Assembly: GCA_963796455.1 (NCBI GenBank)
Contig: CAWCLO010000004.1
Location: 160,001 to 224,000, forward strand
From: Candidatus Sulfomarinibacteraceae bacterium
GTDB lineage: Bacteria; Acidobacteriota; Thermoanaerobaculia; Thermoanaerobaculales; Sulfomarinibacteraceae
Reading direction: 5' to 3'
DNA length: 64,000 nt
Made by a program: the position numbers and the translations under genes. Position 1 is the stretch's first letter. Each line of letters begins with the position of its first letter. This document shows positions 50,537-60,345 of this stretch, piece by piece. Under the pieces are notes generated by a model. That model saw nothing but the letters and a program-made list of their open reading frames with translations, did no database searches and was not told where the DNA came from.

Positions 50537-51115
50537 TTACTCGTCGAAAAGAAAGGTCTTCGTGTCGACCACCTTGGCGTAGGTCCGGTCGAGGGTCGCC
50601 AGGGTGGAGGCGTGGACATCGGCCGCCGGCACGACACGATCGCCGTAGCTGAGGTCTCTGGTCGCACAGGCATCGCCCACCACAATGCATTCGAAACCGT
50701 TGTCGGCGGCGGCTCTGGTGGCCGCCTCGAGGCACATGTGGGTCTGCATCCCGACGATCACCAGCCTATCGATACCGAGGTTTTTGAGGTGGGCCAGAAC
50801 CTCGGTGCCTTTGAAACAGCTGACTTCCGTCTTGGTGAAGACCTTTTCACCATCAAGCGGCGCCACGCTCGCGTGGATCGCGCCCCCCGGTTCAAATTCG
50901 TGGCGGACATGGATCACGGGCCTGCCGTCAGCTCGAAACGCCGCCAGAACACGGCCCGCATTTCGGGCCGCAGCCTCGGGTTCGACCAGCGGCACCTTGC
51001 CTCCCGGGAAATAGAAATCCTGAATGTCGATGATCAACAGAGCCGTTGTGGGCTCCGAAGCCCACAACGGTGCCGCCAGCGCCAGCAGAAGCACCGCGAT
51101 CACAAGTGATTTCAT
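50537..51115 (-). CDS. Isochorismatase-family cysteine hydrolase with signal peptide
   Basis: 'LLIIDIQDFYF', 'GMQTHMCLEAATR', 'DACATR'. Confidence 0.9.
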   Translation of the reverse strand: MKSLVIAVLLLALAAPLWASEPTTALLIIDIQDFYFPGGKVPLVEPEAAARNAGRVLAAFRADGRPVIHVRHEFEPGGAIHASVAPLDGEKVFTKTEVSCFKGTEVLAHLKNLGIDRLVIVGMQTHMCLEAATRAAADNGFECIVVGDACATRDLSYGDRVVPAADVHASTLATLDRTYAKVVDTKTFLFDE

Positions 51116-51123
51116 GACGCCCC

Positions 51124-52494
51124 CTATTCGGGTTTCGGCAGGCCTTCCATCACCGCCAGCGAGCGCTCCATGACTTCCGGCGGCAGCGGGTAGTTCTTGA
51201 GGTCACCCGCAAAATAGGCCGCATATCCGGCGAGGTCCATCAGACCGTGGCCGGAGTAGTTGAAGAGGATGGTCTTTTCCTTGCCCTCCTCCTTCGCCTT
51301 TTTGGCCTCGTTGATCGCGGCCGCAATGGCGTGGCTGGTTTCAGGTGCCGGGATGATCCCCTCGGTCCGGGCAAAGGTCACCGCCGCTTCATAGCACTCG
51401 AGCTGCGCAACGGCTGTCGGAGCCATGAGCCCGCTCCGGACGCTGGCAGAAACCAGTGGGGCCATCCCGTGGTAACGGAGCCCGCCGGCATGAATGGCCG
51501 GCGGAATGAACTCGTGTCCGAGCGAATACATCGCCAGTAGCGGCGTCATTTTCGCGGTGTCGCCGTGGTCGTATGCGTAGGGCGCCTTGGTGAGCGTCGG
51601 GCAGGCCTCCGGTTCGACCGGGATGATGTCGATCTCCGCCCCATTGATCTTGTCGGCGACAAAGGGGAAAGAGAGACCGGCCAGATTGGAGCCGCCTCCG
51701 GCACATCCGATGACCACATCGGGTTTGTCGATGCCTGCGATCGCGAGCTGTTTCTTTGCCTCGAGACCGATGATGGACTGGTGGAGCATCACGAAGTTGA
51801 GCACACTTCCGAGCGAGTAACGGGTCGTACCGCTGGTGTCCGTCACCGCGGCTTCGATGGCTTCCGAGATCGCGATGCCGAGGCTGCCGGGAGTGTCGGG
51901 CATCTTTTCGAGAATTCCGCGCCCGACCTGAGTCTCCGGCGACGGCGAGGGCACGCAGCGGGCGCCCCAGGTTTCCATCATGGTCTTGCGGAAGGGCTTT
52001 TGGTCAAAGCTGACGCGAACCATCCATACATCGACCTGAATGCCGAGAAGCTGGCCCGCAAAGGCGAGGGCCGAACCCCACTGACCGGCGCCGGTCTCGG
52101 TGGTCAGCCTCTTGATGCCGAACTCCTTGTTGTACCAGGCCTGGGCCACCGCGGTGTTCGGTTTGTGGCTACCGGCCGGAGAAACGCTTTCGTCCTTGTA
52201 GAAGATCTTGGCCGGCGTCCCGAGGTGTTTCTCCAGGGCGTAGGCGCGGCGGAGCGGAGTGGGCCGCCAGCGCGCATAGATCTCGAGGATCTCCTCGGGA
52301 ATATCAATCCAGCGTTCGGTGGAGACCTCCTGCTCGATGAGGTTCATCGGAAAGACCGGAGCCAGCATTTCGGGCCCGATCGGGTTTCCATCTGGACCGA
52401 GGGGTGGTGGCGGCGGTTGCGGAAGGTCGGCGGCCAGGTTGTACCACTGGCGCGGCATTTCTTGGGTTGACAGGGTGATTTTTGGGTCGTTCAT
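51124..52494 (-). CDS. trpB2: TrpB2-type tryptophan synthase beta-like PLP enzyme
   Basis: 'WYNL', '[11 protein letters not shown]', 'TETGAGQWG', 'HAGGLRYHG', 'SGHG'. Confidence 0.93.
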   Translation of the reverse strand: MNDPKITLSTQEMPRQWYNLAADLPQPPPPPLGPDGNPIGPEMLAPVFPMNLIEQEVSTERWIDIPEEILEIYARWRPTPLRRAYALEKHLGTPAKIFYKDESVSPAGSHKPNTAVAQAWYNKEFGIKRLTTETGAGQWGSALAFAGQLLGIQVDVWMVRVSFDQKPFRKTMMETWGARCVPSPSPETQVGRGILEKMPDTPGSLGIAISEAIEAAVTDTSGTTRYSLGSVLNFVMLHQSIIGLEAKKQLAIAGIDKPDVVIGCAGGGSNLAGLSFPFVADKINGAEIDIIPVEPEACPTLTKAPYAYDHGDTAKMTPLLAMYSLGHEFIPPAIHAGGLRYHGMAPLVSASVRSGLMAPTAVAQLECYEAAVTFARTEGIIPAPETSHAIAAAINEAKKAKEEGKEKTILFNYSGHGLMDLAGYAAYFAGDLKNYPLPPEVMERSLAVMEGLPKPE

Positions 52495-52671
52495 TTCGGC
52501 GCCCTCCTTCGAGAATAAAACCCCGCCGCCGCTCCATCGATCGGCGACGAATTGAAGGGCCGATCCTAACATTTCCGCCGTTCACCCGGTACATACCGCC
52601 ACTCGCCGAAATTGCCGTGACAGCCGAAGCGCCAACGACCATGTTGGAGGTGACGGAAAAAGGAGGCAAAA

Positions 52672-53091
52672 ATGACACATCATCACCACCACGGATTGAA
52701 CGGATGCGAATGGTGCGATGGCCGCCATGGATTGTGGGGCGCCTTCGTGCTCGGTCTCGGAATTGTCGTGATCGGTTCGATTCTGATTCTGAATAACTTC
52801 GGCGTCATCGACGGGAGCGCCTATCTGCCGTACTGGCCGGTGCTACTGATCGTGCTCGGTCTCAGCCATCTGGTGCAACCCAGATCGGGAAAAATCGGTT
52901 GGGGGCTGTCATGGATCGCAATCGGTGCGATCATATTGCTCGACAACCTCGGTGTGATCGCTTTCGGAATCTGGGATCTGTGGCCGGTTCTATTGTTGAT
53001 CCTGGGCGGCAACCTCCTGATATGCGGGTTGCGGCGCCGGCTCGGAAGGTCTGACGAACGTACCGGACCCGATGCGACACCCTTTGTCTGA
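52672..53091 (+). CDS. LiaF-like/DUF5668 membrane protein
   Basis: Repeated 'LNNFG..YWPVLLI' / 'LDNLG..LWPVLL'; AGGAGG RBS. Confidence 0.8.
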   Translation: MTHHHHHGLNGCEWCDGRHGLWGAFVLGLGIVVIGSILILNNFGVIDGSAYLPYWPVLLIVLGLSHLVQPRSGKIGWGLSWIAIGAIILLDNLGVIAFGIWDLWPVLLLILGGNLLICGLRRRLGRSDERTGPDATPFV

Positions 53092-53109
53092 GGCGGGAAG
53101 GAAATCAAC

Positions 53110-53949
53110 ATGAAACAGAGAGAAGACGATTCGGCACGAAGGGGAACAGGTGGATCGTTTCGAGATCGGGACGACTGCTGTCCCGATTGCGGTTCCTGGC
53201 GCCATGTGTCCTGTGCCGGGGAGAACGGCGGGCGCGGCCACCACGCGACCGTCATCGGTATCGGTCTGGGGGGCGGCAGGCGCGGATTCGGAACGGCAAT
53301 CCTGGGTCTCGGTGTGCTGGCTGTCGGCGTGATCTTGTTGCTCGACAACTTCGGCCTCGTCGATGGCGAGAATTTTTATGATTACTGGCCGGTGCTTTTG
53401 ATTCTGGTCGGCCTCAGTCACTTCATTCGCCCTCCGGGATCGCGCCGAGTGCTCACCGGATCGGTATGGATCGGGATCGGCGTTGTCGTTTTGCTCAGCA
53501 ATCTCGGAGTGATCACTTTCGAGATCTGGGATCTGTGGCCGGTGATTCTCCTCATCATCGGTGGCAATTTGATTCTGAAACCGTTTCGACGAAGGGGTGG
53601 CGCGTACGACGACACCGCCGCGGCCTTTGAAGCGACCGCCATCCTCGGGGGCGCCAGCCGAAGGTTGTCGGCCCCCGACTTTCAGGGCGGTGATGCGACG
53701 GCCATCATGGGTGGTTGCGAGATCGACCTCAGAGATTGCGGTTCTGAGGGTGGACCGGCACGGATCGACACCTTTGCTTTCTGGGGTGGGATCGATATTC
53801 GGGTCCCGGATGATTGGGAGGTCCAGGTCAACGGCGTCGCGATCCTCGGCGGATACAACGACGAAACCCGCACCGCTGAAGGTCTTGGCCGCAAGGTCCT
53901 GGTGATCAGCGGTACCGCCATCATGGGCGGAGTCGATATCAAAAACTGA
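53110..53949 (+). CDS. LiaF-like cell-envelope stress protein (DUF5668 + DUF2154-like)
   Basis: Same TM repeats plus 'AIMGGCEIDLR', 'FWGGIDIRVP', 'MGGVDIKN'. Confidence 0.85.
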   Translation: MKQREDDSARRGTGGSFRDRDDCCPDCGSWRHVSCAGENGGRGHHATVIGIGLGGGRRGFGTAILGLGVLAVGVILLLDNFGLVDGENFYDYWPVLLILVGLSHFIRPPGSRRVLTGSVWIGIGVVVLLSNLGVITFEIWDLWPVILLIIGGNLILKPFRRRGGAYDDTAAAFEATAILGGASRRLSAPDFQGGDATAIMGGCEIDLRDCGSEGGPARIDTFAFWGGIDIRVPDDWEVQVNGVAILGGYNDETRTAEGLGRKVLVISGTAIMGGVDIKN

Positions 53950-53952
53950 CCC

Positions 53953-55047
53953 ATGCACCCGATTCTTGCCAAACGCCGTCACCTCGCCATCTATTTGATG
54001 GCGTGGGTGCCTGTGGTCGTGTTGCTGATGGCCGCGATGGTCATGACCGGGTGGGGCGGTTGGTTCCGGGCGCTCGTTTTTGTTTTTCCGATGGCTGTGG
54101 TTTTTGCGTTTCTATGTCTTTCGGCGTGGTATCCCTGTCGCTCGATGCCGCTCGGTGGCGAACGAACGGCCATGACCCTGGCCACCCATGCAACTGCGGC
54201 TGGATTGTCGGCCGCACTGTGGGTTGGAATGGCGGCCGTTTTTTCGGAAGCGATCAATCGATCGGAGGTCTTCAGCGACCCGTTTTTGTTGAGTGCCGAG
54301 CACAGCGGTTTGTTTTTTGTTTCCGGCATGCTGCTCTATCTCCTGTCGGTGGCGATCCACTATCTTTTCGCCGCCGCCGAATCATCGAGGGTCGCGGAGA
54401 GACGGGTTTTGCAGGCAGAGGTGGCGGCGCGGGATGCCGAGCTTCTGGCCCTCAAAACTCAGCTCAATCCCCACTTTCTTTTCAACAGCCTCAATTCGGT
54501 GGCGTCATTGACCGTTGACGATCCTCCGGCAGCCCGCGACATGTGCATTCAACTCGGCGACTATCTGCGCGGAACGCTCAAGAGTGAAGGCACGTCGTTG
54601 GTTTCACTCGGCGAGGAACTCGCCCAGGTGCGGCGGTTCCTGAAGGTTGAAAGAGTTCGTTATGGTGACCGTTTGACTGTGATCGAGGCAATCGACGAGG
54701 ACTGCCTCGATAAGGAAATACCGCCGCTTCTGCTTCAGCCGCTGGTCGAAAACGCGCTCAAACACGGTATCTCGGAGCTGGTGGACGGTGGCGAGATTCA
54801 CATCGGCGGTCGACTTCGCGGGGATCGATTGCGGGTGTGGGTGGAGAACCCATGTGACGATGCGAAACGGCTCAGCGAAGGTGCGGGTGTCGGTCTGGCA
54901 AATGTCCGGCAACGGCTAGCACACACATTCGGAAAGGAAGCGAGATTGAGTTGCGGCCGCTCGGCCATTGGATTTCGCGCCGAGGTCCTGGTGCCGGTCG
55001 GTGGCTCCGGATCGTCGCCTGACAGGAAGGGTTCAGACAATGGGTGA
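53953..55047 (+). CDS. LytS-type sensor histidine kinase
   Basis: 'LKTQLNPHFLFNSLN', 'QPLVENALKHG', 'GVGLANVRQRL'. Confidence 0.93.
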   Translation: MHPILAKRRHLAIYLMAWVPVVVLLMAAMVMTGWGGWFRALVFVFPMAVVFAFLCLSAWYPCRSMPLGGERTAMTLATHATAAGLSAALWVGMAAVFSEAINRSEVFSDPFLLSAEHSGLFFVSGMLLYLLSVAIHYLFAAAESSRVAERRVLQAEVAARDAELLALKTQLNPHFLFNSLNSVASLTVDDPPAARDMCIQLGDYLRGTLKSEGTSLVSLGEELAQVRRFLKVERVRYGDRLTVIEAIDEDCLDKEIPPLLLQPLVENALKHGISELVDGGEIHIGGRLRGDRLRVWVENPCDDAKRLSEGAGVGLANVRQRLAHTFGKEARLSCGRSAIGFRAEVLVPVGGSGSSPDRKGSDNG

Positions 55048-55789
55048 GGACGATCTGAAGATCATCGTCGTCGATGACGAAGAGCCTGCACGAAAACTGG
55101 TCAGAGCTTATCTCGACGATATCGACAACGTGACCGTGGTCGCCGAATGTGGCAATGGCTTCGAAGCGGTCAAAGCGGTCGCCGCTCATGATCCCGACCT
55201 GATCCTGCTCGACATCCAGATGCCCAAACTCGATGGATTCGAGGTCCTGGAGTTGCTCGAACGAGACATCCCGGTGATCTTTGTGACCGCCCACGACGAA
55301 CATGCCCTGCGGGCCTTCGAGGTTTGTGCGGTTGACTACCTCCTCAAACCCCTTGATGCCGCCCGTCTGACGGAGGCTCTGCAGCGCGCGCGTGACCGCA
55401 TCGGTCGAGGGGACCCGCCGCCTTCGGTGGCCGAGTTGGCCGCATCGGCGCGACCCGGACGGAATCACCTCGAGCGCATCCTGATTCGAGATGGCAGTGA
55501 AGTCCACGTTTTGCCGGTCCGGTCGGTGGACTATTTCGAGGCCCGAGATGATGCCATCGCAGTCTTTTCGAATGGTGAGAGTTTTCTCAAGGCGCAGCGC
55601 CTTCAGGTGCTTGAAGACCAGCTCGATCCGGCGATTTTTGTTCGGGTCCACCGGTCTTTTATCCTCAACCTCGATCGTCTCCGCAGCATCGAACTCTACG
55701 CCAAGGACAGCAGGATCGCCATCCTTGTCGATGGCACCAAGGTGCCGATCAGCCGCTCCGGCTACGCGAAACTGCGCCAACTTCTGTAG
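55040..55789 (+). CDS. LytTR family response regulator
   Basis: 'VDDE', 'LDIQMP', 'FVTAHD', 'DYLLKP', 'FVRVHRS'. Confidence 0.93.
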   Translation: MGEDDLKIIVVDDEEPARKLVRAYLDDIDNVTVVAECGNGFEAVKAVAAHDPDLILLDIQMPKLDGFEVLELLERDIPVIFVTAHDEHALRAFEVCAVDYLLKPLDAARLTEALQRARDRIGRGDPPPSVAELAASARPGRNHLERILIRDGSEVHVLPVRSVDYFEARDDAIAVFSNGESFLKAQRLQVLEDQLDPAIFVRVHRSFILNLDRLRSIELYAKDSRIAILVDGTKVPISRSGYAKLRQLL

Positions 55790-55880
55790 CGCCTCTTTCT
55801 CTTTGCAGAGTGGCACCTGATCTCACGGGCGGCAAGGGCTGCTATTCTGGTGGTATCTGGAGATCGAAAGGAGATTCGCA

Positions 55881-56273
55881 GTGTTTTTGAACCTGCTCGA
55901 CGACAATGAAAAGAGTGCCTTCGCAGAGCTTGCGGAGAAGATGATCGAAGCCGACGGTCTGGTGATCGGACGCGAGGTTGCCGCGCTGGCCGCCCTCAAG
56001 GCCGAGGCGGGGGTGACGGACACCGGTGGGAGCGGCCGCACCGTAGAAGAGCTGGCGGCGGTTTTCTGGTCGCGGCGAACAAAGATTGCGGCCATGCTCG
56101 AACTGATAGGTCTCGGCTATACGGATACCCATTTCAGCATCGGTGAACAGTCCATCGTCACCACCGTTGCGCGCGAGATGGGGATGAGCGATTCGGAGCT
56201 CGAGCAATGCGAGAACTGGGTGCGCGAGCACGTCAATCTGGTTCGAAACGCCTTGATCCTGATGCGTGAATGA
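55881..56273 (+). CDS. TerB-like small helical protein
   Basis: 'MIEADG...E', 'YTDTHFSIGE' pattern; AAGGAG RBS before GTG. Confidence 0.65.
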   Translation: MFLNLLDDNEKSAFAELAEKMIEADGLVIGREVAALAALKAEAGVTDTGGSGRTVEELAAVFWSRRTKIAAMLELIGLGYTDTHFSIGEQSIVTTVAREMGMSDSELEQCENWVREHVNLVRNALILMRE

Positions 56274-56325
56274 TGGCGCCTTGCTTCGGAGTTTTGCTTG
56301 CAGCGTTGACGCGATAGCAGGCTTC

Positions 56326-57684
56326 TTACTCGACGACCGAGCGTGCGATCTCACCGCGAAACTTCCACGACATCCGCGCCAGAAGGAAGGCCGCGACCGT
56401 GAAGAGCCCGACGACCAGCCCCCACCACAGACCCTCGGGACCGAAACCCAGGTGAAATCCGAACAGCAGGCTGGCGGGCAACCCGATCAACCAGAAGCCG
56501 ATGAGATTTGCGACCAGTGGTGCCCTGGTGTCGCCGGCACCGCGCAGTGCGCCGGCAGATACGACCTGGATGCCGTCGACGATCTGAAAAAACCCGGCGA
56601 TCGGAATCAGGAGTGATGCCAGGACCACGACCTCTTCCACCGACGTATAGACTGAGGCGAGCAAGCGTGGCAGACCGATGAAGAGGGCTGCGGTTATCGA
56701 CATAAAGGCAGCTCCGACTATCAATCCGGCGCTCGCCGCCCGTCTCGCGGCATCGCTTCTTCCGGCGCCGATCGCCTGCCCGACCCGGACCGCGGTTGCA
56801 GACGCCACGCCGAGCGGCACCATGAATGTCAACGAAGCCATATTGATGGCAACCTGATGAGCGGCCATTTGCAGGGTGCCCATGCCGCCCATCAACAAGG
56901 CGATGACTGCAAAGGCGATGATCTCCAGTTGGAGTTGGAGACCGATCGGCACGCCCATCCGAATCGTTCTCCAGAGAGGGTCCCATCGAAATGCGGCCCG
57001 ATCGATAGTGCTCAGGACCGGTGCGAGTTCCTTTCGTGCGATGACGATGAGGACCACGAAGAGGAGGCTGCGCGCTGCGGTTGTCGCCCACGCCGACCCC
57101 ACGGGACCGAAGCCGGGGATCGGACCGGCGCCAAAGACGAGGATCCAGTCCGCCACCAGGTTGAAAATGTTGACCACGATGATCGTCACCACGACCGGGC
57201 GCATCCGTTCCATTGACTGGAGTGCGAGTCGCAGCACATAAAAGGCGTAGTAGGGGAGCAGCCCAGGGATGCAGATCCGGACGTAGGATGCGGCGACGGG
57301 GACGATTTCGGATGGTTGGCCGAAGATCCTCAGCATGGGCTCTGTCGGCAAGAGGAGCAATGTGCTTGGAATCATCAAACCGATCGAAAGGAGCAGACCG
57401 CGTTGCACCGAACGCCTGAGGGCGTCCGGATCTCCGGCGCCGACGGCTTGCGACACCAGTGGGTCGAGCGCCAACAACAAACCGATACCAAAGGCGGATA
57501 CGGCGACGACCATGACGTGTCCGAGCGCCACGGCGGCAAGGGCTTCGGAGGAGAGGCGGCCGACCACCATCGTGTCCACGACGCCGAGCAGCATCATCCC
57601 CACCTGGACCACCACCACTGGTGCTGCCAGGCTGAACATCGCCGAAATATCCCGGTGGCGCGGGGTCCTGAACGGGTGCGTCAT
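56326..57684 (-). CDS. MATE family efflux transporter (NorM-like)
   Basis: 'VDTMVVGRL', 'MAAHQVA', 'VRVGQAIG', 'DGIQ...GALRGAGD'. Confidence 0.93.
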   Translation of the reverse strand: MTHPFRTPRHRDISAMFSLAAPVVVVQVGMMLLGVVDTMVVGRLSSEALAAVALGHVMVVAVSAFGIGLLLALDPLVSQAVGAGDPDALRRSVQRGLLLSIGLMIPSTLLLLPTEPMLRIFGQPSEIVPVAASYVRICIPGLLPYYAFYVLRLALQSMERMRPVVVTIIVVNIFNLVADWILVFGAGPIPGFGPVGSAWATTAARSLLFVVLIVIARKELAPVLSTIDRAAFRWDPLWRTIRMGVPIGLQLQLEIIAFAVIALLMGGMGTLQMAAHQVAINMASLTFMVPLGVASATAVRVGQAIGAGRSDAARRAASAGLIVGAAFMSITAALFIGLPRLLASVYTSVEEVVVLASLLIPIAGFFQIVDGIQVVSAGALRGAGDTRAPLVANLIGFWLIGLPASLLFGFHLGFGPEGLWWGLVVGLFTVAAFLLARMSWKFRGEIARSVVE

Positions 57685-57715
57685 TTGGTTGCGGAGGATA
57701 GCAGCAATTATTGGA

Positions 57716-57761
57716 GAATTCGGAATTCGGAATTCGGAGTTCGGAATTAGGAATTAGGAAT
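57716..57761. repeat. Heptamer tandem repeat (GAATTCG/GAATTAG)
   Basis: Six near-identical 7-mers plus a partial copy. Confidence 0.85.
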
Positions 57762-57765
57762 CACC

Positions 57766-58539
57766 CTTGTCCAAGACATTGGGGACAGCGACAGGGAACG
57801 GTGGGTAGCGTCAGCGACAGCGTCCAGCGTGCAGGGACAGCGACAGGAGGCAGCGTCAGCGGCAGGGATCAGCGAACAGGGACGGCGACAGGGAACAGCG
57901 ATCAGGAGTCCAGTCGGCGAAGTGGCCACCTCCGGGTCGTTCAAAGAAAGGAGTAGCCGGTGGGCGGCCGATGTCAAGGACAGGCAGGGTGCAGGGCATC
58001 CTTGACATCGGCCACCACACCGGCTTGTGGGTATGGGCATGAACGACCCGGAGGTGACCATGTCCAACGCCGCCACGAACACCAACCTCGTTGCCCACTC
58101 GAAAGCCCTCGAAGCAGCAGGAATCGCGATCAATCTGGTAATGAGAGTTCCCGCTCCACTGAAGTCCATAGCCGATCAGGTGATCCGGTCGGCAAGTTCA
58201 GTCCCTGCGAACCTGGCAGAAGGGCACGGCCGTTTCGGTAGAGACCGGTCGAACCACTGGAGAATCGCCTACGCCTCGGCCAAAGAGGTCGACAGCCACT
58301 TGCAGCTCCTCGCTCACGCCGGGGCGATCAGCCGGAATCGAGCCAGTGAAGCGATGAAGGCCTTCGATGAGGTCCGTGCCATGACATGGCGACTTTTGAA
58401 CCCGACGAAATGAGTGCTGTTCGGTGTCGCTGCCCCGGCCGCTGGACACTGCCGCTGCCGCTGACTCCTGTTCGCCGACGCTGCCCACCGTTCCCTGTCG
58501 CTGTCCCTGCACGCGATCCGAGAATCTGTCTTGGACAAG
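57766..58539 (+). mobile_element. Palindromic element with 13-bp TIRs carrying a four-helix-bundle gene
   Basis: CTTGTCCAAGACA (57766-57778) / TGTCTTGGACAAG (58527-58539) plus ~38-bp subterminal inverted arms. Confidence 0.7.
58060..58413 (+). CDS. Four-helix-bundle protein (23S rRNA IVP / TIGR02436-like)
   Basis: 'DQVIRSASSVPANLAEGHGR', 'IAYASAKEV'; GGAGG RBS at 58050-58054. Confidence 0.9.
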   Translation: MSNAATNTNLVAHSKALEAAGIAINLVMRVPAPLKSIADQVIRSASSVPANLAEGHGRFGRDRSNHWRIAYASAKEVDSHLQLLAHAGAISRNRASEAMKAFDEVRAMTWRLLNPTK

Positions 58540-58573
58540 AGATAGGAATTCCGAATGAGGTTTTAGTGCGGAG

Positions 58574-59389
58574 TCATTTGGATTCGATGCCAAAGCTCCG
58601 TTTTTGGTTGATCATCAACTCGAGCGGCGCGGCGGCCGGACAGAACGAAGCAGCGAGCTCCCGGCGAAAGGGTTCGAAGGAGGCGGCGATGGCCGGTGGG
58701 AGGCCGTCCTGCCAGGGGATTCTCGAGGTGTCGTCCTGCAAGATCTTGATTTCGGCCTCGAGAGCGGAGATCTCATCCTCGGCGAAACCCTGTTCCCGCA
58801 TGGCGGCAGATTGGTTCTCGAGCATCGACCGCAAAGCACCTCGCACCCGCGAGTTCACGGGACCCGGACCGAAGAGCTGGAACTCCCCGGACGGATTCAA
58901 CAGCTCGTCGTGGAATCCCATGACAAAGAGGTAGGTGAACTCTCCCAGTCCCATCTCCGCCTCCAGGAGCCCACGATTGCGAATCTCGTAGAGTTGGCCG
59001 ATGACCGGTCCGACCCCCATCATGCTTTTGGTGGTGGAGAAAGCCATCTTCATCACTTCGATGCGGTCGATCTCGTCCTGATCGTCAACACTCTCGAGCC
59101 TGGCAACCTGCTGCTCGGCGTTCTCGAGATCGGAGCACACATCAACCAGTGAGCGTTGGATCTCGAGGAAGAGCTCGACGCGGTCCGCAGTGGGCGCTCC
59201 CGAAGCGGGAGGAACGTAGTCCTCCTGGGTGCCGAATTTTTCCTCGATCACCTCACGGTCGTCGACTGCCTGGTTGAGCGGCGCCACGATCATGACACCC
59301 AGAATCACCGGCAGAGCGATGGCGGCGACCAGGGCGATTCCGCATCCGACGGCCGTCGTTTTGAGGCAGCCCCACTTTTTGTCGTCCAC
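58574..59389 (-). CDS. Hypothetical membrane-anchored protein
   Basis: GGAGG RBS, 'KKWGCL...GC' followed by a TM and a helical acidic domain. Confidence 0.7.
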   Translation of the reverse strand: MDDKKWGCLKTTAVGCGIALVAAIALPVILGVMIVAPLNQAVDDREVIEEKFGTQEDYVPPASGAPTADRVELFLEIQRSLVDVCSDLENAEQQVARLESVDDQDEIDRIEVMKMAFSTTKSMMGVGPVIGQLYEIRNRGLLEAEMGLGEFTYLFVMGFHDELLNPSGEFQLFGPGPVNSRVRGALRSMLENQSAAMREQGFAEDEISALEAEIKILQDDTSRIPWQDGLPPAIAASFEPFRRELAASFCPAAAPLELMINQKRSFGIESK

Positions 59390-59510
59390 TCGACCTCCGT
59401 CGTCGTTGTGGCGTCCAGAGGAACGCCTACAGGATTCAACGTTTGGGACTGCAAATGGTTAACAAACAATCGAAACGGAATGATCGCGGGCCGGCCCCGG
59501 TTGCCAGGGT

Positions 59511-60272
59511 ATGGCCAACAAGATGCAACCGGATGTTCGCAACCACGCCGCCTGGATCGGGCCTCTGGTCTCGATCGCCGGCGTCTTGAGCTATTTCACC
59601 GTGATGGTCCGTTTCCCCGGTCTGAGGGACAGCGCGATCGTCAATTTGCTGATGGTCGGGATCGGCACGGCCATCGCTGCATGGGCACTGTCGAGGCGCC
59701 GGAACTGGAAGAGTTGGCTCGGTCTCGTGGGTGCCGCGGTGCCAGCGATATTGCTCTTCGCATACGTATTCGGATTCTCCAGTCAGATTCCACCAGCTGG
59801 TCTCGAGGCCTCTGTCGGATCGCCGGCGCCGCCTCTGGAGCTACCCGATCAGGGTGGCCGAATGATCTCGCTGGCGGACTACGCCGGCGAACGGGTGGTG
59901 GTGGTTTTCTTCCGCGGAAATTGGTGACCATTCTGTCGCTCAGAGCTGCAAGGTCTGCAGTCACGTATTCAAGATATCCGTTACGCCGGTGCCGAGGTGA
60001 TCGCGATTTCGGTCGACACCACCGAAGAAAACGCCCGGTTGGCTAAATCACTCGGTCTGGATTTCCCCATCCTCTCCGACGCCGCTGGCGTGGCGATTAC
60101 GACCTGGGGTCTGGTCCACGAGGGGGGCAAACCGGGGGGCGGCGCCATCGCGCGTCCGGCGACCTACCTTGTGGAACCCGACGGTACGATTTCTTGGCGC
60201 AACTTGACCGAAAACTATCGAATCAGGGTGCGGCCGGAACACGTCCTGGATGCGTTGGCCGCAAAAAGTTGA
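59511..60272 (+). CDS. Membrane-anchored AhpC/TSA redoxin selenoprotein (UxxC; Sec at TGA 59925-59927)
   Basis: In-frame read-through gives 'FFRGNW-U-PFCRSELQGL...VIAISVD...ARPATYLV'; the two ORFs are in the same frame. Confidence 0.9.
59945..59961 (+). promoter_or_regulatory. Bacterial SECIS hairpin
   Basis: GCTGCA-AGGTC-TGCAGT starting 17 nt after the UGA; resembles the E. coli fdhF SECIS apex. Confidence 0.75.
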
Positions 60273-60345
60273 CGGATCACGCCGCCTGGAGAGAATCGAT
60301 ATAGTAGTGGCCGGAGGCTTGACCTTGAGGCCAATTCGATCCGTC

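Noticed and set aside
57766..58539. Diversity-generating retroelement or 23S rRNA intervening sequence
   Set aside because: No reverse transcriptase, no TR/VR pair with adenine-specific mismatches, and no rRNA sequence seen in the window
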